The position numbers were made by a program, and so were the translations under genes. This document shows, in pieces, positions 1 to 9,114 of a DNA stretch of 64,000 nt. The notes beneath the pieces are model-generated. The model was not told the DNA's origin and ran no database searches. It saw only the letters and a program-made list of their open reading frames with translations. Origin of the DNA: Candidatus Omnitrophota bacterium (GTDB taxonomy: Bacteria; Omnitrophota; Gorgyraeia; Pluralincolimonadales; Pluralincolimonadaceae); assembly GCA_041653595.1 (NCBI GenBank), contig JBAZFB010000006.1, forward strand, positions 17,503 through 81,502, read 5' to 3'. Numbering within the stretch: the first letter of the stretch is position 1; every line of letters starts with the position of its first letter.

Positions 1-464
1 AACAAAAACCCGGACTCGCCGCTCGTATCGAGCATGTAGGCGATCTTGTCTCTGCCGGTCAACCGCCACGCGCCGTTAAAAACGAGGCTGCGCTCCTCTT
101 TCGTCTTGCGGACCAGGTCTGTCTTTTTATACCTGTATAATATCCGGTTATCGTCGCCTATCTCCCAGGCGCCGTCGAGGACAAGGATGTCCCGGCTCCC
201 GTCCTCCTTCGACACGCCGAACGACAGGCGGTTATCCTCGTCGGCCTGCCATTTGCCTTTTAATTTCAGGATGCTCGTGACATCGACATTCCTCTCCTTC
301 TTCGATGTCACGATGCAGGTAAGCTCGTCGGGGGAGATGCCGGCCAGGTCGGCCTTCATGCTGAGGACTTCCCCGCCGTAAGGGTCCGTAGTGTCGGTGA
401 CGACCAGCTCCAGGTCGTGGTTACTGTTGAGGCGCCACCGGCTTTTCTGTTTTAATGAAGGCAT
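1..464 (-). CDS. hypothetical protein, 3'-partial (runs off window start); absent from supplied ORF track
   Basis: Manual minus-strand translation from ATG at 464..462 (or ATG 359..357) down to nt 1 gives an uninterrupted coding-like ORF (MPSLKQKSRWRLNSNHDLELVVTDTTDPYGGEVLSMKADLAGISPDELTCIVTSKKERNVDV...GAWRLTGRDKIAYMLDTSGESGFLF) with no stop before the window edge. The plus-strand ORF 46..381 is its shadow. Confidence 0.4.
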   Translation of the reverse strand, partial: MPSLKQKSRWRLNSNHDLELVVTDTTDPYGGEVLSMKADLAGISPDELTCIVTSKKERNVDVTSILKLKGKWQADEDNRLSFGVSKEDGSRDILVLDGAWEIGDDNRILYRYKKTDLVRKTKEERSLVFNGAWRLTGRDKIAYMLDTSGESGFL

Positions 465-1479
465 ACTGGGGATCCAGTTTTTCGAGGAACTTCAGGCTGT
501 ATGTCCTGAAGAAAACGGCGAACGGCAGGTTAAGCGCCATAAGGCAATATAACAAAAAGAGGCAGACCGGTGTCAACACCACGCCGAAGAATATCCAGTA
601 AGGCAGGATCGAGATGCCCGGGACCGTTTTTTGGATAAGCCATAGCGCGAGGACAAACAGGCCTATCGGTATCGCTACAATGATGAAGCCGGCAATGAAA
701 GCCAAAAGATAGGCTATGCCCGCGGCGATGCCGAGCCCCATTTTTATCAAAATATAGACGATGAAATTCCCGGAATTCTTTTTCACGAGCGCCCAGGCCT
801 TGCCCCACGCGGCGAGGACGCGTATCCTCTCCTTATACATTATCGGGATGACAAGGTCCACTGTTATAAGCGCGACTATTCCTGTTATGATAAAAACTAT
901 AGATCCGATGATAAGGGCCGGCAGCAGCATCAGGATGATCTCGACCACCTGCTTCGGGGTCGGGTCGGAGACGTTGATAAGCCCCGATCTTACCAGGGCC
1001 GCGATGACGAGATATATCAAAAACCCTAATATCGCGAGAAAGGCCGCGGTAAAAACGAGGTTGAAACGGAAAATTGAGTTCCCCGCGTCCGCGTTCGCGC
1101 CGAAAGGCGCCCTGATAGAAGCGTCGTTCTTGATGACGTCCTCCAGGAACACGAAGGAGAACCGCGAGCACAGCCACATCAATACCAGCGCCACCGCGAT
1201 AACGATGACGGCTACGACCGCGACGGCCGCTATTATCATACCTGTCTCTTCAGCCGACTGGGCCTTGGCCGCGGCCTGCGGGCCCGACTCCTGCTGTTCC
1301 TGCTTCTGCTCGTAATGGCTGCCGTTCCCGCCTGAATTAAGATTGCACCCGTTCGACATCGCCCCGGCCATGATCGCGATAAAAGCAAGGACCATCCATT
1401 TCTTGAAATTGAAAGGTTTGAAGAGGACTTGTTTTGTCCATTCCGCGGATCCGCCGATTATCGCGCCGAAGTCGACCAT
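421..1479 (-). CDS. polytopic integral membrane protein, unknown function
   Basis: 352 aa with multiple long hydrophobic helices and a Gln/Glu-rich linker (EQKQEQQESGPQAAAKAQ). No recognisable catalytic motif. Confidence 0.55.
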   Translation of the reverse strand: MVDFGAIIGGSAEWTKQVLFKPFNFKKWMVLAFIAIMAGAMSNGCNLNSGGNGSHYEQKQEQQESGPQAAAKAQSAEETGMIIAAVAVVAVIVIAVALVLMWLCSRFSFVFLEDVIKNDASIRAPFGANADAGNSIFRFNLVFTAAFLAILGFLIYLVIAALVRSGLINVSDPTPKQVVEIILMLLPALIIGSIVFIITGIVALITVDLVIPIMYKERIRVLAAWGKAWALVKKNSGNFIVYILIKMGLGIAAGIAYLLAFIAGFIIVAIPIGLFVLALWLIQKTVPGISILPYWIFFGVVLTPVCLFLLYCLMALNLPFAVFFRTYSLKFLEKLDPQYAFIKTEKPVAPQQ

Positions 1480-1488
1480 TTTTCCCCC

Positions 1489-1785
1489 TTACCTGGTATA
1501 GTGCTTTAAATACCTTTGGAACTCCCTGCCGCTCAGGTACCCGTCATGGTTCGCGTCGAATTTTTTCTGGTTGGTCGTCGTGACTTTGACCGTGACATAG
1601 TTACTAAGCTTGTCTTCCCTTATCATCCGGCTCTCTTCTGCCGCGCTTTGCCTTGCCAGCGGACTGGTAGTCTGGGTCGTATCTGTATCGAGGCGCTTGT
1701 TCACCTCCGTCTGGGAATACGCGGCCGGTAGGAAAAGAATAATTATGGCGACAATACATTTAATTATTGCCGGGATCATCTTCAT
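1489..1785 (-). CDS. small secreted EF-hand calcium-binding protein
   Basis: N-terminal signal peptide (MKMIPAIIKCIVAIIILFLPAAYSQ). C-terminal canonical EF-hand loop DANHDGYLSGRE (DxNxDGxxSxxE). Confidence 0.5.
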   Translation of the reverse strand: MKMIPAIIKCIVAIIILFLPAAYSQTEVNKRLDTDTTQTTSPLARQSAAEESRMIREDKLSNYVTVKVTTTNQKKFDANHDGYLSGREFQRYLKHYTR

Positions 1786-2009
1786 TTCGGCGCCTGTTTC
1801 ATCGCCTGTTTTTTCGCCTTCCGGATCCTATATCGTTTATAGAATACGAGCCCGGTGTGGACGCATGCCAGGACAAATGTCGCGGCGGCCATTATCTCGT
1901 GGACCTCAAAATCTATTCGGGTGATCCCGAGCGCCGCGGTCACGGCAAGGCAGATAAATGCCGCGATGCCGGTATAGATTATCCAATCGTATAATTTGGG
2001 CATACCCAT
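1782..2009 (-). CDS. small membrane protein (2 TM), unknown function
   Basis: 75 aa with two hydrophobic helices and a basic C-terminus. Divergent from the exosortase gene. Confidence 0.3.
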   Translation of the reverse strand: MGMPKLYDWIIYTGIAAFICLAVTAALGITRIDFEVHEIMAAATFVLACVHTGLVFYKRYRIRKAKKQAMKQAPK

Positions 2010-2055
2010 CTCCCTATTTTTGTGTATTATAGCATAATTCTGGTATAATACGCTT

Positions 2056-2883
2056 ATGATAAATTGGATAATTTGGGTATTGGTCGCGGGGCTCTATTCG
2101 CCGGTCATCTCCCAGCTTTACAGGGCGCGATGGGAAAGCATAGACTACACCCACGCCTACTTCATCCTCCCTGTCTTCTTCGCCTTCCTCCTCTTCAAAA
2201 GAAAACAATTCGGGCAAGGTCCCTCCGCAGAGGGAGACACCTCAAATTATAGGACATCGATCATTGCGCTTTTTATTTTAATCGTCGGCCTGTTGATGTT
2301 CATATTCGGCTGGAAGTGGGATTACCTGATGATAACCACAGGCTCGATGATACCGGTGCTCTTCGGGCTGGTTTTGTACCTCTACGGCCCGTCTACGGCG
2401 AAAATAACGGCATTCCCGATATTATACCTGTTATTGCTCGTCCCGCCGCCGCTGGGCGTCCTCGATTCAATAACAATGCCCATGCGCTACGGAATCTCCA
2501 TCGCGACGGAGCACATTTTAAAGGCCTTCTGCATCCCGATAATCCGCGACGGGCTGATGCTCACCGTCGGCGGCCACGAGGTCTACATGGGCGCGCCGTG
2601 CAGCGGTTTCCGCTCGCTCATAACGATGTTCTCGCTCGCCCTTGCCTACGTCTATTTCATAAACGCGCGCCTGCGGAACAAAGTGATCCTCGTCATCTCG
2701 GTCGTCCCGCTCGCGCTTCTCGGTAACCTCATCCGCGTGACAGGGATGTGCCTCGTCACCTATAAATTCGGCGAAGAGACCGGGCACAAATTCCATGACA
2801 CGAGCGGCCTCGTGATATTCGTCGTGCTCATTCTCGGCCTGCTGGGGATAGAATCCCTGCTCGAAAAGAGGCCCAAAAAATGA
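2056..2883 (+). CDS. exosortase (EpsH/XrtA-family transpeptidase)
   Basis: 275 aa with 8 predicted TM helices. Conserved exosortase active-site motifs: Cys in GAPCSGFRS, Asn/Arg in LLGNLIRVTG. Followed by an EpsI gene and convergent with a PEP-CTERM protein gene. Confidence 0.8.
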   Translation: MINWIIWVLVAGLYSPVISQLYRARWESIDYTHAYFILPVFFAFLLFKRKQFGQGPSAEGDTSNYRTSIIALFILIVGLLMFIFGWKWDYLMITTGSMIPVLFGLVLYLYGPSTAKITAFPILYLLLLVPPPLGVLDSITMPMRYGISIATEHILKAFCIPIIRDGLMLTVGGHEVYMGAPCSGFRSLITMFSLALAYVYFINARLRNKVILVISVVPLALLGNLIRVTGMCLVTYKFGEETGHKFHDTSGLVIFVVLILGLLGIESLLEKRPKK

Positions 2884-3539
2884 AGAGCTCAAAAGCGATC
2901 ATTGTAATAACGCTGATCGGCCTGACGATGCTCGTAAGCTTCGCCCTGCCCAGGCCGAAATACGAGAGCCCGGATATCCTCTCAAAGCTCGAGATACCGG
3001 CAAGTTTCGGCGCCTGGCGCTCGCGCGACGCCTCATCGCAGGTCCAGACAGGCGGCGATGTCTATAATTTCGTGAGCCGCGTCTTCGCCCGCGAATACGC
3101 GCGGCCCGCATACATTTCCCTGCTCGATAAGGGCTACGAGGGACTGCTCTTCCTCATCCTGGGCGCCGGGAATTTCCATAACCCGAAAGTCTGCTACGGA
3201 AGTTCCGGCTACAAGACAACGGACCTGCCGGATATCGAATTCGACGCCAACGGCCATAGATTCAAGGCGTCGGCCGTCTTCTTCGACAGGCCGGGCAAAA
3301 GCGTCGTGATCACTTATTGGATAGTTATAGATAAGAAACAGGCGGGCTGGGGCCAGCAGAAGATCATCGAGCTCTGGTCGTCTTTATTAGGAAAGAAAAA
3401 GGCAGGTTTTATGTGCCGGATCGATATCCCGGCCACGGCCGATACGACAGACAAGGCCGTAAATCTCGCGAAAAGCTTCATCTCCGCTATCGCCCCGTTC
3501 ATCCCTCAGGACCAGGCGGAATATCTCTTCGGCAAATAA
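2880..3539 (+). CDS. exosortase-associated EpsI family protein
   Basis: 219 aa with an N-terminal TM anchor and a periplasmic domain. 4-nt overlap with the exosortase stop. Position and architecture are typical of EpsI in PEP-CTERM loci. Confidence 0.65.
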   Translation: MKSSKAIIVITLIGLTMLVSFALPRPKYESPDILSKLEIPASFGAWRSRDASSQVQTGGDVYNFVSRVFAREYARPAYISLLDKGYEGLLFLILGAGNFHNPKVCYGSSGYKTTDLPDIEFDANGHRFKASAVFFDRPGKSVVITYWIVIDKKQAGWGQQKIIELWSSLLGKKKAGFMCRIDIPATADTTDKAVNLAKSFISAIAPFIPQDQAEYLFGK

Positions 3540-3542
3540 AAG

Positions 3543-3580
3543 GAGACGTTTCAAAAAGGGCTACATGAAACGTCCCCGAA
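3543..3580. terminator. bidirectional stem-loop terminator between convergent exosortase operon and PEP-CTERM gene
   Basis: GACGTTTCA-(12 nt loop)-TGAAACGTC, a 9-bp perfect stem. On the minus strand it is followed by TTTTATTTG. It lies just 3' of the EpsI stop. Confidence 0.4.
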
Positions 3581-3656
3581 TTATTACTTCCTGCGCAATC
3601 TCTTTAAGCCAGGAACAAAACTATTATCAATCCCGGAAATGCCGCTTTCCCGTCCT

Positions 3657-4211
3657 TCATTTCCTTAATCCCTTTTTGCGTATACGTCTTATGAATAAAA
3701 TCGTTCCGCCTGTAACAAATAATATAGAAGCCACGGGTTCAGGTACCGCAATGGGATCACCGCCGCCCTGATTATGCCAATCTTGATCGCTACCTATAAA
3801 TTCCGGCCACGTCCACCAATCCTGTTCTGTATAAGTCAGGATCTGCCTTTGGACGACTTGCCCATTTAAGGATGCCTGATAAAGAAATTGGGTCGAGCGC
3901 GACGACACGTCATTATCAAAATTCAGATAGAACCTCAGCCAGTTTGAATCTGGGCCTACAGCATACGCCTCGGTATTTGAAACAGTGAAGTTTTGCCAGT
4001 TAGAATCGGTAAAATTGGTGAAGGTAGGGGTCGTAAATGTATCATCTGCCTGCCAGAAAATCTGCATCTGATCAAATGCGCCTACCGGAGCACTTTTATA
4101 GATTTCCGTGCTCGACTGCTGGAATAACTGGTTCCAGGTGTTGGCTGACGCAGCACCGGTAGCAAACATCGTCAAGATCGCAACAAACATTACCATAATA
4201 ATCTTTTTCAT
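3657..4211 (-). CDS. PEP-CTERM sorting-signal protein (exosortase substrate)
   Basis: N-terminal signal peptide (MKKIIMVMFVAILTMFATGAASA). C-terminus VPEPVASILFVTGGTILFIRRIRKKG is a PEP motif plus TM helix plus Arg/Lys-rich tail. Preceded by a 170-nt AT-rich upstream region. Confidence 0.8.
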   Translation of the reverse strand: MKKIIMVMFVAILTMFATGAASANTWNQLFQQSSTEIYKSAPVGAFDQMQIFWQADDTFTTPTFTNFTDSNWQNFTVSNTEAYAVGPDSNWLRFYLNFDNDVSSRSTQFLYQASLNGQVVQRQILTYTEQDWWTWPEFIGSDQDWHNQGGGDPIAVPEPVASILFVTGGTILFIRRIRKKGLRK

Positions 4212-4380
4212 TTTGCCACCTCACCTTATTTAAATAAGTTATTATTGTTCCTTATTAAGAATATGAAATAACACGGAATTATCCTCAGGAAGGTGTCATT
4301 CAAAGCAACGTGCTTATTTTAACAGATACTAAGATTTTGTCAATTGAAATAATTGCGATTTTTATAGCATTATTTTGCTG

Positions 4381-5493
4381 TTATCCGTTGGAGATTCCAA
4401 CCTCTCCTATCTCCTGATAAACCTTAAGCGTTTCTTCCGCTATCTTATCCCAATCGTATTTCTGTTTCAGCAATTCTATCTGGCGGGATTTCTCTTCTTC
4501 AGTCATCGGTTTTGCAATAAAGTCGTTCATCCTTAAGAATAAACCCTCGACATCACCTGCCATGAAATATCTCTCCTCGGAAAGGCCTACCTCCCTATTG
4601 GCCGGAATATCGCTGACTATGCAGGATAGTCTATAACTCATTGCCTCAAGGAGCGCTATAGGCAGGCCCTCATAATATGAAGGCAGTACAAACAGCCCAG
4701 CATGGCTGTAAAGCTCCTGCAGCGTTTTGCCTGTAATAAATCCGGTCAGGACGATATTCGGATTCTCGGCCGCCTTTCGCTTTAGGTCCAGGCTGTATTT
4801 ATCCTCATGGTCCGACTTCCCTGCAATGACAAGTTTCCATCCACCAGGGAATGTCCTCGCTATAAGGTCATGGAACCCCTTCTCCGGCACAAATCTGCCC
4901 ACTGCGAGAATATATTTGCCTACCCCAAGTCCATATTTATCCAGAGCCTCCCGCGTCTTCGCCGCTTCCGGAATTATGACTCCGTTGGGTATATCGCTTA
5001 TATCCCTCTTGAAATTCTTTCTTAATCTTTCGGCATTTGCTTTAGAAACAGAGATGACCCCATTCGCCCATGTGACCCCAAGATACTCTCCAATCATCAG
5101 TATATATTTTGGCAGTCCGGCCCATTTCTTCCTGAGATGTTCCGGGCCATGGCTCGTCATTACCGCCTTCATACCCAGCATCCTAACCATGGGTACGCAT
5201 AACGACGGCCCGCTAGCATGGATATGGACAATATCAGGTTTTAATCTTATTGCGGCTAGAACACCTTTAAACGTATGGACAAATGCCTCGAGAAATTTAT
5301 TACTCGGGCAGGTAAGGGGAATGAATTTAACGCCTTCGAATTCCTTTATGGAAGGATCAACATACTGTGCTCTCGTAAAAACAACTACTTCACAACCCCT
5401 CGCGGCCAGTCGCGGATAAAGATTCTCGCAGTGCGCTTCTACCCCGCCCTGCACACCGGGAAACCCACGCGTGCCCAAAACTGCGATTTTCAT
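4381..5493 (-). CDS. glycosyltransferase family 4 (DUF1972-type N-terminus)
   Basis: 370 aa. N-terminus MKIAVLGTRGFPGVQGGVE.HCE.L. C-terminal GT-B E-x7-E region YYEGLPIALLEAMSYRLSCIVSD. AT-rich cassette. Confidence 0.7.
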   Translation of the reverse strand: MKIAVLGTRGFPGVQGGVEAHCENLYPRLAARGCEVVVFTRAQYVDPSIKEFEGVKFIPLTCPSNKFLEAFVHTFKGVLAAIRLKPDIVHIHASGPSLCVPMVRMLGMKAVMTSHGPEHLRKKWAGLPKYILMIGEYLGVTWANGVISVSKANAERLRKNFKRDISDIPNGVIIPEAAKTREALDKYGLGVGKYILAVGRFVPEKGFHDLIARTFPGGWKLVIAGKSDHEDKYSLDLKRKAAENPNIVLTGFITGKTLQELYSHAGLFVLPSYYEGLPIALLEAMSYRLSCIVSDIPANREVGLSEERYFMAGDVEGLFLRMNDFIAKPMTEEEKSRQIELLKQKYDWDKIAEETLKVYQEIGEVGISNG

Positions 5494-6452
5494 CGTTTCA
5501 TTATCTTATTCTTTAAAACCCATAGCGCCGGAACAATTATGTTTTTTTTCATCGCCGGAGAGACCGAGCCTATCATCCAGCATTCTTTTTTGCACTCCCT
5601 AACGGCCTCGCGGACTTTCTCGGCTTGTCCGCCATTCCATATCTCGTTAAATGGTTTTTCCCTGATGTTACCCATGCTCATATCCACGCCGTTACACGGC
5701 ATAACATTACCGAAAGGATCTATGAAAAATAGATCCGTGCCAACCTCGCAGGGTAATAACCTTTTGTTGCCATGCGCGTAATTCAAAAGGCCATAATTAA
5801 AATACGCCCTGAACCAATTCTTCGGCCGACCACCCTTCAGTAAATTCGTAATCAACTTTTCCAATTCCCTGTCAAAATCGTCTAATCTGGTTATTTTATT
5901 ATCGAATTTATGGAAATAATACGTATTATGGACCGCGGCAGTCGCAAATTCCAGTCCCATCTCTTCGCTCAACTTATGGAGGTCCATAAGATCAAGTATG
6001 TTTCGGTCGGACAGGGTGATTCCAAAACCTATGTCTTTTAACCCCATTTTTCTGAGCTCTTTCAGGGTCCTTAGCCCATGCTCGAATCCGTCCTTTATTC
6101 CGCGAAGTTCGTCATTGGCCTTCTGAAGGCCTTCCATGCTTACCCTAATACCTATCTTCGGATATTGTCTCGCCAGATCCACTATCTTCTCAGTATAATA
6201 ACCGTTTGTGCTGATAACTATTCTTTTTGCCTTCTTACTCATCACCTCGACAAAACTCTTTATATCTTCCCTTATAAACGGCTCTCCGCCCGTTATATTA
6301 CAGAACCTCACACTTGGCAGAGACTCCAGATCCGAGGGCCTTATCTCTTCCTCGGGTCTCGTGGGATGCATCCATGTGTTACACATGTGGCACTTCGCAT
6401 TGCACCGATAAGTTATGGCTATGAGGGCTTCCTTAGGTTTATTTATCGCCAT
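5490..6452 (-). CDS. radical SAM enzyme with C-terminal SPASM/twitch-like Cys cluster
   Basis: CxxxCxxC motif CNAKCHMC near the N-terminus. C-terminal Cys-rich region (PCEVGTDLFFIDPFGNVMPCNG...CKKECWM). Start codon overlaps the upstream stop (ATGA), embedded between GT4 and GH genes. Confidence 0.75.
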   Translation of the reverse strand: MAINKPKEALIAITYRCNAKCHMCNTWMHPTRPEEEIRPSDLESLPSVRFCNITGGEPFIREDIKSFVEVMSKKAKRIVISTNGYYTEKIVDLARQYPKIGIRVSMEGLQKANDELRGIKDGFEHGLRTLKELRKMGLKDIGFGITLSDRNILDLMDLHKLSEEMGLEFATAAVHNTYYFHKFDNKITRLDDFDRELEKLITNLLKGGRPKNWFRAYFNYGLLNYAHGNKRLLPCEVGTDLFFIDPFGNVMPCNGVDMSMGNIREKPFNEIWNGGQAEKVREAVRECKKECWMIGSVSPAMKKNIIVPALWVLKNKIMKR

Positions 6453-7896
6453 CCGCGCCTCCGCCTCTTTCGATCTCTATCGCCGTAACCGATCTGGGCT
6501 CCAGCAGAATCTGAAATTTATTTGATTTTATTAAAAACTTTCTGCTTTTTATAACTACATCGTTATGCGGCGGCTTTTCGTTTGTTGAATCAATCGATTT
6601 CCCGGTTAAAACCCATTCACCGGCTTGAGACGATGGATTGAACCCGCGCAAATCTATAGTCAGCTTTTCTCTTTCGTTCAGATTCCTGTTTACCAGCATA
6701 ATATAAAGTTTGCTCCTGTCGTTTATTGTGCTTACGTTAACCGATACATATTTGTTTTTACTCAAAGAACATTGTACAAGCTCCTTGCCGAAATGCTTTG
6801 CGTACATTTCGAATACATAGTAGTTCGGTCTCTTAAAATAACTCTTACCAAGCTCGGACTCCCTACCGCTAAAACGGTTCGATACCATGCCCCAATATTC
6901 GTTTATGTAATTCCAATAATTTGCGCACAAAATATTATTCTCCGGTTTCATGAATATTCGCAGGAGCTCGGCATTTACAAGCGCGGTCCCCAGGCAGTGC
7001 CTGTAAGGTACCGGCTTTTGCTGAACAAACCATGCCGTAAATTCCGTGACGGCTATGGGCCTATCTTTCCCTGTGATGGACTTTATTATATTGTGCGTGT
7101 TCTTTATATCCTTCTCGATAGCCATGCCCTTGGTGAAAAGGTTTTCATATATTTTATTGGAATCCTGATTTGGGCTGTTATTTTTGCCGCCGTGAGGATA
7201 ATAATGCTTTACTATAAAATCAAACCTGTCACCGACCATCTTTACCACGCTCTCGTCCCAATCCTTCTCATAGCCGACTATTCCAAGCATGAGATTCGGA
7301 TTGATCGACTTAAACATATCATAATAATGCAGGTACCTATCAACATATTCTTGCGGTTTTAATATGAAGTAACTCTCGTTCCCTATCTCGATATATTTAA
7401 CTTCCGGATAATGCACTTTTAAATACTCCGCCAACCTTTTGTAACTATCTTCAAGCCACAGGTTTTGCAAGCATATAATAGGCTCTGCCCCTATTTCCCT
7501 GCAGAAACCTATCTGATCATCAAGCCCGAACTTATACTCCTTATTCGATAAACTCGGCACACCCTTTTCCCAATCCGTGAATTGTCCACTAAGCCTTATC
7601 ATGCGTATGTCTATGTTTTTTATAAGGGCAAGAGGCTCTTCGCAAAACTTTGTTCCATCCCTGATCCCGTAGCCATAGTCTGCTGCAATTCGATAGTTCG
7701 GGATCTTTTCACGGCCGTTATTCGCCTCCCACCCAAGAATGCTGGTGCCGTAAACCCTGGGGTTTACATTTTGGGTTTTGGCTGAGGCGTCTATGATAAG
7801 AGTTATCGTTTCAACCTTGTCGGCCGGCAGCACGCAAAAAACACATGCGCTCAATATGAATACCAATATTGTGAAAAATAATAGCGTCTTTCTCAC
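6439..7896 (-). CDS. secreted glycoside hydrolase, clan GH-A TIM-barrel (family uncertain)
   Basis: 485 aa with a signal peptide. The IEIGNE motif is consistent with the clan GH-A acid/base NE(P) strand. Embedded in the glycan cassette. Confidence 0.5.
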   Translation of the reverse strand: MRKTLLFFTILVFILSACVFCVLPADKVETITLIIDASAKTQNVNPRVYGTSILGWEANNGREKIPNYRIAADYGYGIRDGTKFCEEPLALIKNIDIRMIRLSGQFTDWEKGVPSLSNKEYKFGLDDQIGFCREIGAEPIICLQNLWLEDSYKRLAEYLKVHYPEVKYIEIGNESYFILKPQEYVDRYLHYYDMFKSINPNLMLGIVGYEKDWDESVVKMVGDRFDFIVKHYYPHGGKNNSPNQDSNKIYENLFTKGMAIEKDIKNTHNIIKSITGKDRPIAVTEFTAWFVQQKPVPYRHCLGTALVNAELLRIFMKPENNILCANYWNYINEYWGMVSNRFSGRESELGKSYFKRPNYYVFEMYAKHFGKELVQCSLSKNKYVSVNVSTINDRSKLYIMLVNRNLNEREKLTIDLRGFNPSSQAGEWVLTGKSIDSTNEKPPHNDVVIKSRKFLIKSNKFQILLEPRSVTAIEIERGGGADGDK

Positions 7897-7902
7897 GATC
7901 GA

Positions 7903-9114
7903 TTATACTCCGTATAGTTCTAGTATCTTTTTTTCCAGAATATCGGCGCCAAATCTCTCGTTAACCAGCTCCACCGCTCTAGCGCCTTTCCTCTCGCGCA
8001 TATCGCCGTCTTCTATAAGTATATTTAATCCGTGCGATATACCGTCAACCATGTGCGAGTAGCTGCCTATCGGCACCTTTATGCCAACTTCGTCATTCAC
8101 GCTGATATCGGGCCCGCCATAAGCGACGCAAACAACCGGCAGACCACTTGCCATAGCGTCCAGCACTACTGTTCCGCCGGGATCCTGAAGGGCCGGAAAC
8201 AGAAAAATATCGTAATCAACGAACATGGCCCTGTATTTTTCTAAAGGCACATGCCCAATAAACTTTATAACCCCCGAGAGGCCTTTTCTGTCGACGTATT
8301 CACGCAAACTTTTACTTAAAGGTCCGCTACCCGCTATATGAAACTCGTATCGCGCGCTAACTGCGTTACCCAGGGCTTCTACGGAATCGATGGCAAGCCA
8401 GACACCTTTATGCGCTGTGAGCCTGCCGGCGAATAAAATTTTAACCGTTCCGTCTTTATTTCCATTTGATCCTTTTGCCCGTTTTTTAATCCTAGTGTCA
8501 ACCATAGTATCGAAAATCTCGAGTATTTTACCTTCGCACCCGGATGGCAACAGTGGCCTCATATATTTTGTACCTATGATAATTTTTGACGCTTTCCTAA
8601 AATATTTCCGCCACCCAGGAATAACCGTTATAAACGATGCGATGAGGGACTTGCCCAGGTACAACAAGACTTGGCCCCTATAGGCGCGAATTGTGCGGAT
8701 ATCTAATTTCAGGCCGCCGCCCACCGGCCCCACATAGACCGGGACTTTGAACTTATATAGATCATTGAAGTAGTATATGCCTTCCGGAGTTAAACAATGT
8801 ATAACATCTATTCCGCCATCCTTTAATATGGCCGCTATTACTCTTCGACAATTTATTATAAATTCCCGATAAAGCATAAGATATCCAAGGCCTATCTTAT
8901 TCCAGGGCTCATACCGGTGCCTCTTTGTATCTACGTAAAAGAATTTTACGTTTCTTAAACTATCACATCTTTCAATATCTTCTTTATGATGATTGTCTAC
9001 TATTGCATATACTTCGCAATATCTTGAAAGCACCTCTACCCACGATGCGGCAACATGGCATTCGGAACCTATAAAGAAATTCAGGTCGTAAGCAACCACG
9101 ATCACTTTTTTCAT
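7903..9114 (-). CDS. glycosyltransferase family 4
   Basis: 403 aa. GT-B C-terminal motif QDPGGTVVLDAMASGLPVV. Confidence 0.7.
   Translation of the reverse strand: MKKVIVVAYDLNFFIGSECHVAASWVEVLSRYCEVYAIVDNHHKEDIERCDSLRNVKFFYVDTKRHRYEPWNKIGLGYLMLYREFIINCRRVIAAILKDGGIDVIHCLTPEGIYYFNDLYKFKVPVYVGPVGGGLKLDIRTIRAYRGQVLLYLGKSLIASFITVIPGWRKYFRKASKIIIGTKYMRPLLPSGCEGKILEIFDTMVDTRIKKRAKGSNGNKDGTVKILFAGRLTAHKGVWLAIDSVEALGNAVSARYEFHIAGSGPLSKSLREYVDRKGLSGVIKFIGHVPLEKYRAMFVDYDIFLFPALQDPGGTVVLDAMASGLPVVCVAYGGPDISVNDEVGIKVPIGSYSHMVDGISHGLNILIEDGDMRERKGARAVELVNERFGADILEKKILELYGV

Noticed and set aside
46-381. Plus-strand 111-aa ORF at the window start
   Set aside because: Ser/Arg/Leu/Pro-rich, non-protein-like translation. 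The opposite strand carries a convincing partial gene, so this is a shadow ORF.
761-1315. Plus- and minus-strand internal ORFs overlapping the 352-aa membrane protein gene (761..1315, 833..1177, 530..808)
   Set aside because: Fully nested within a well-supported gene. Their Arg/Ala/Pro-rich composition is typical of out-of-frame translation of GC-rich DNA.
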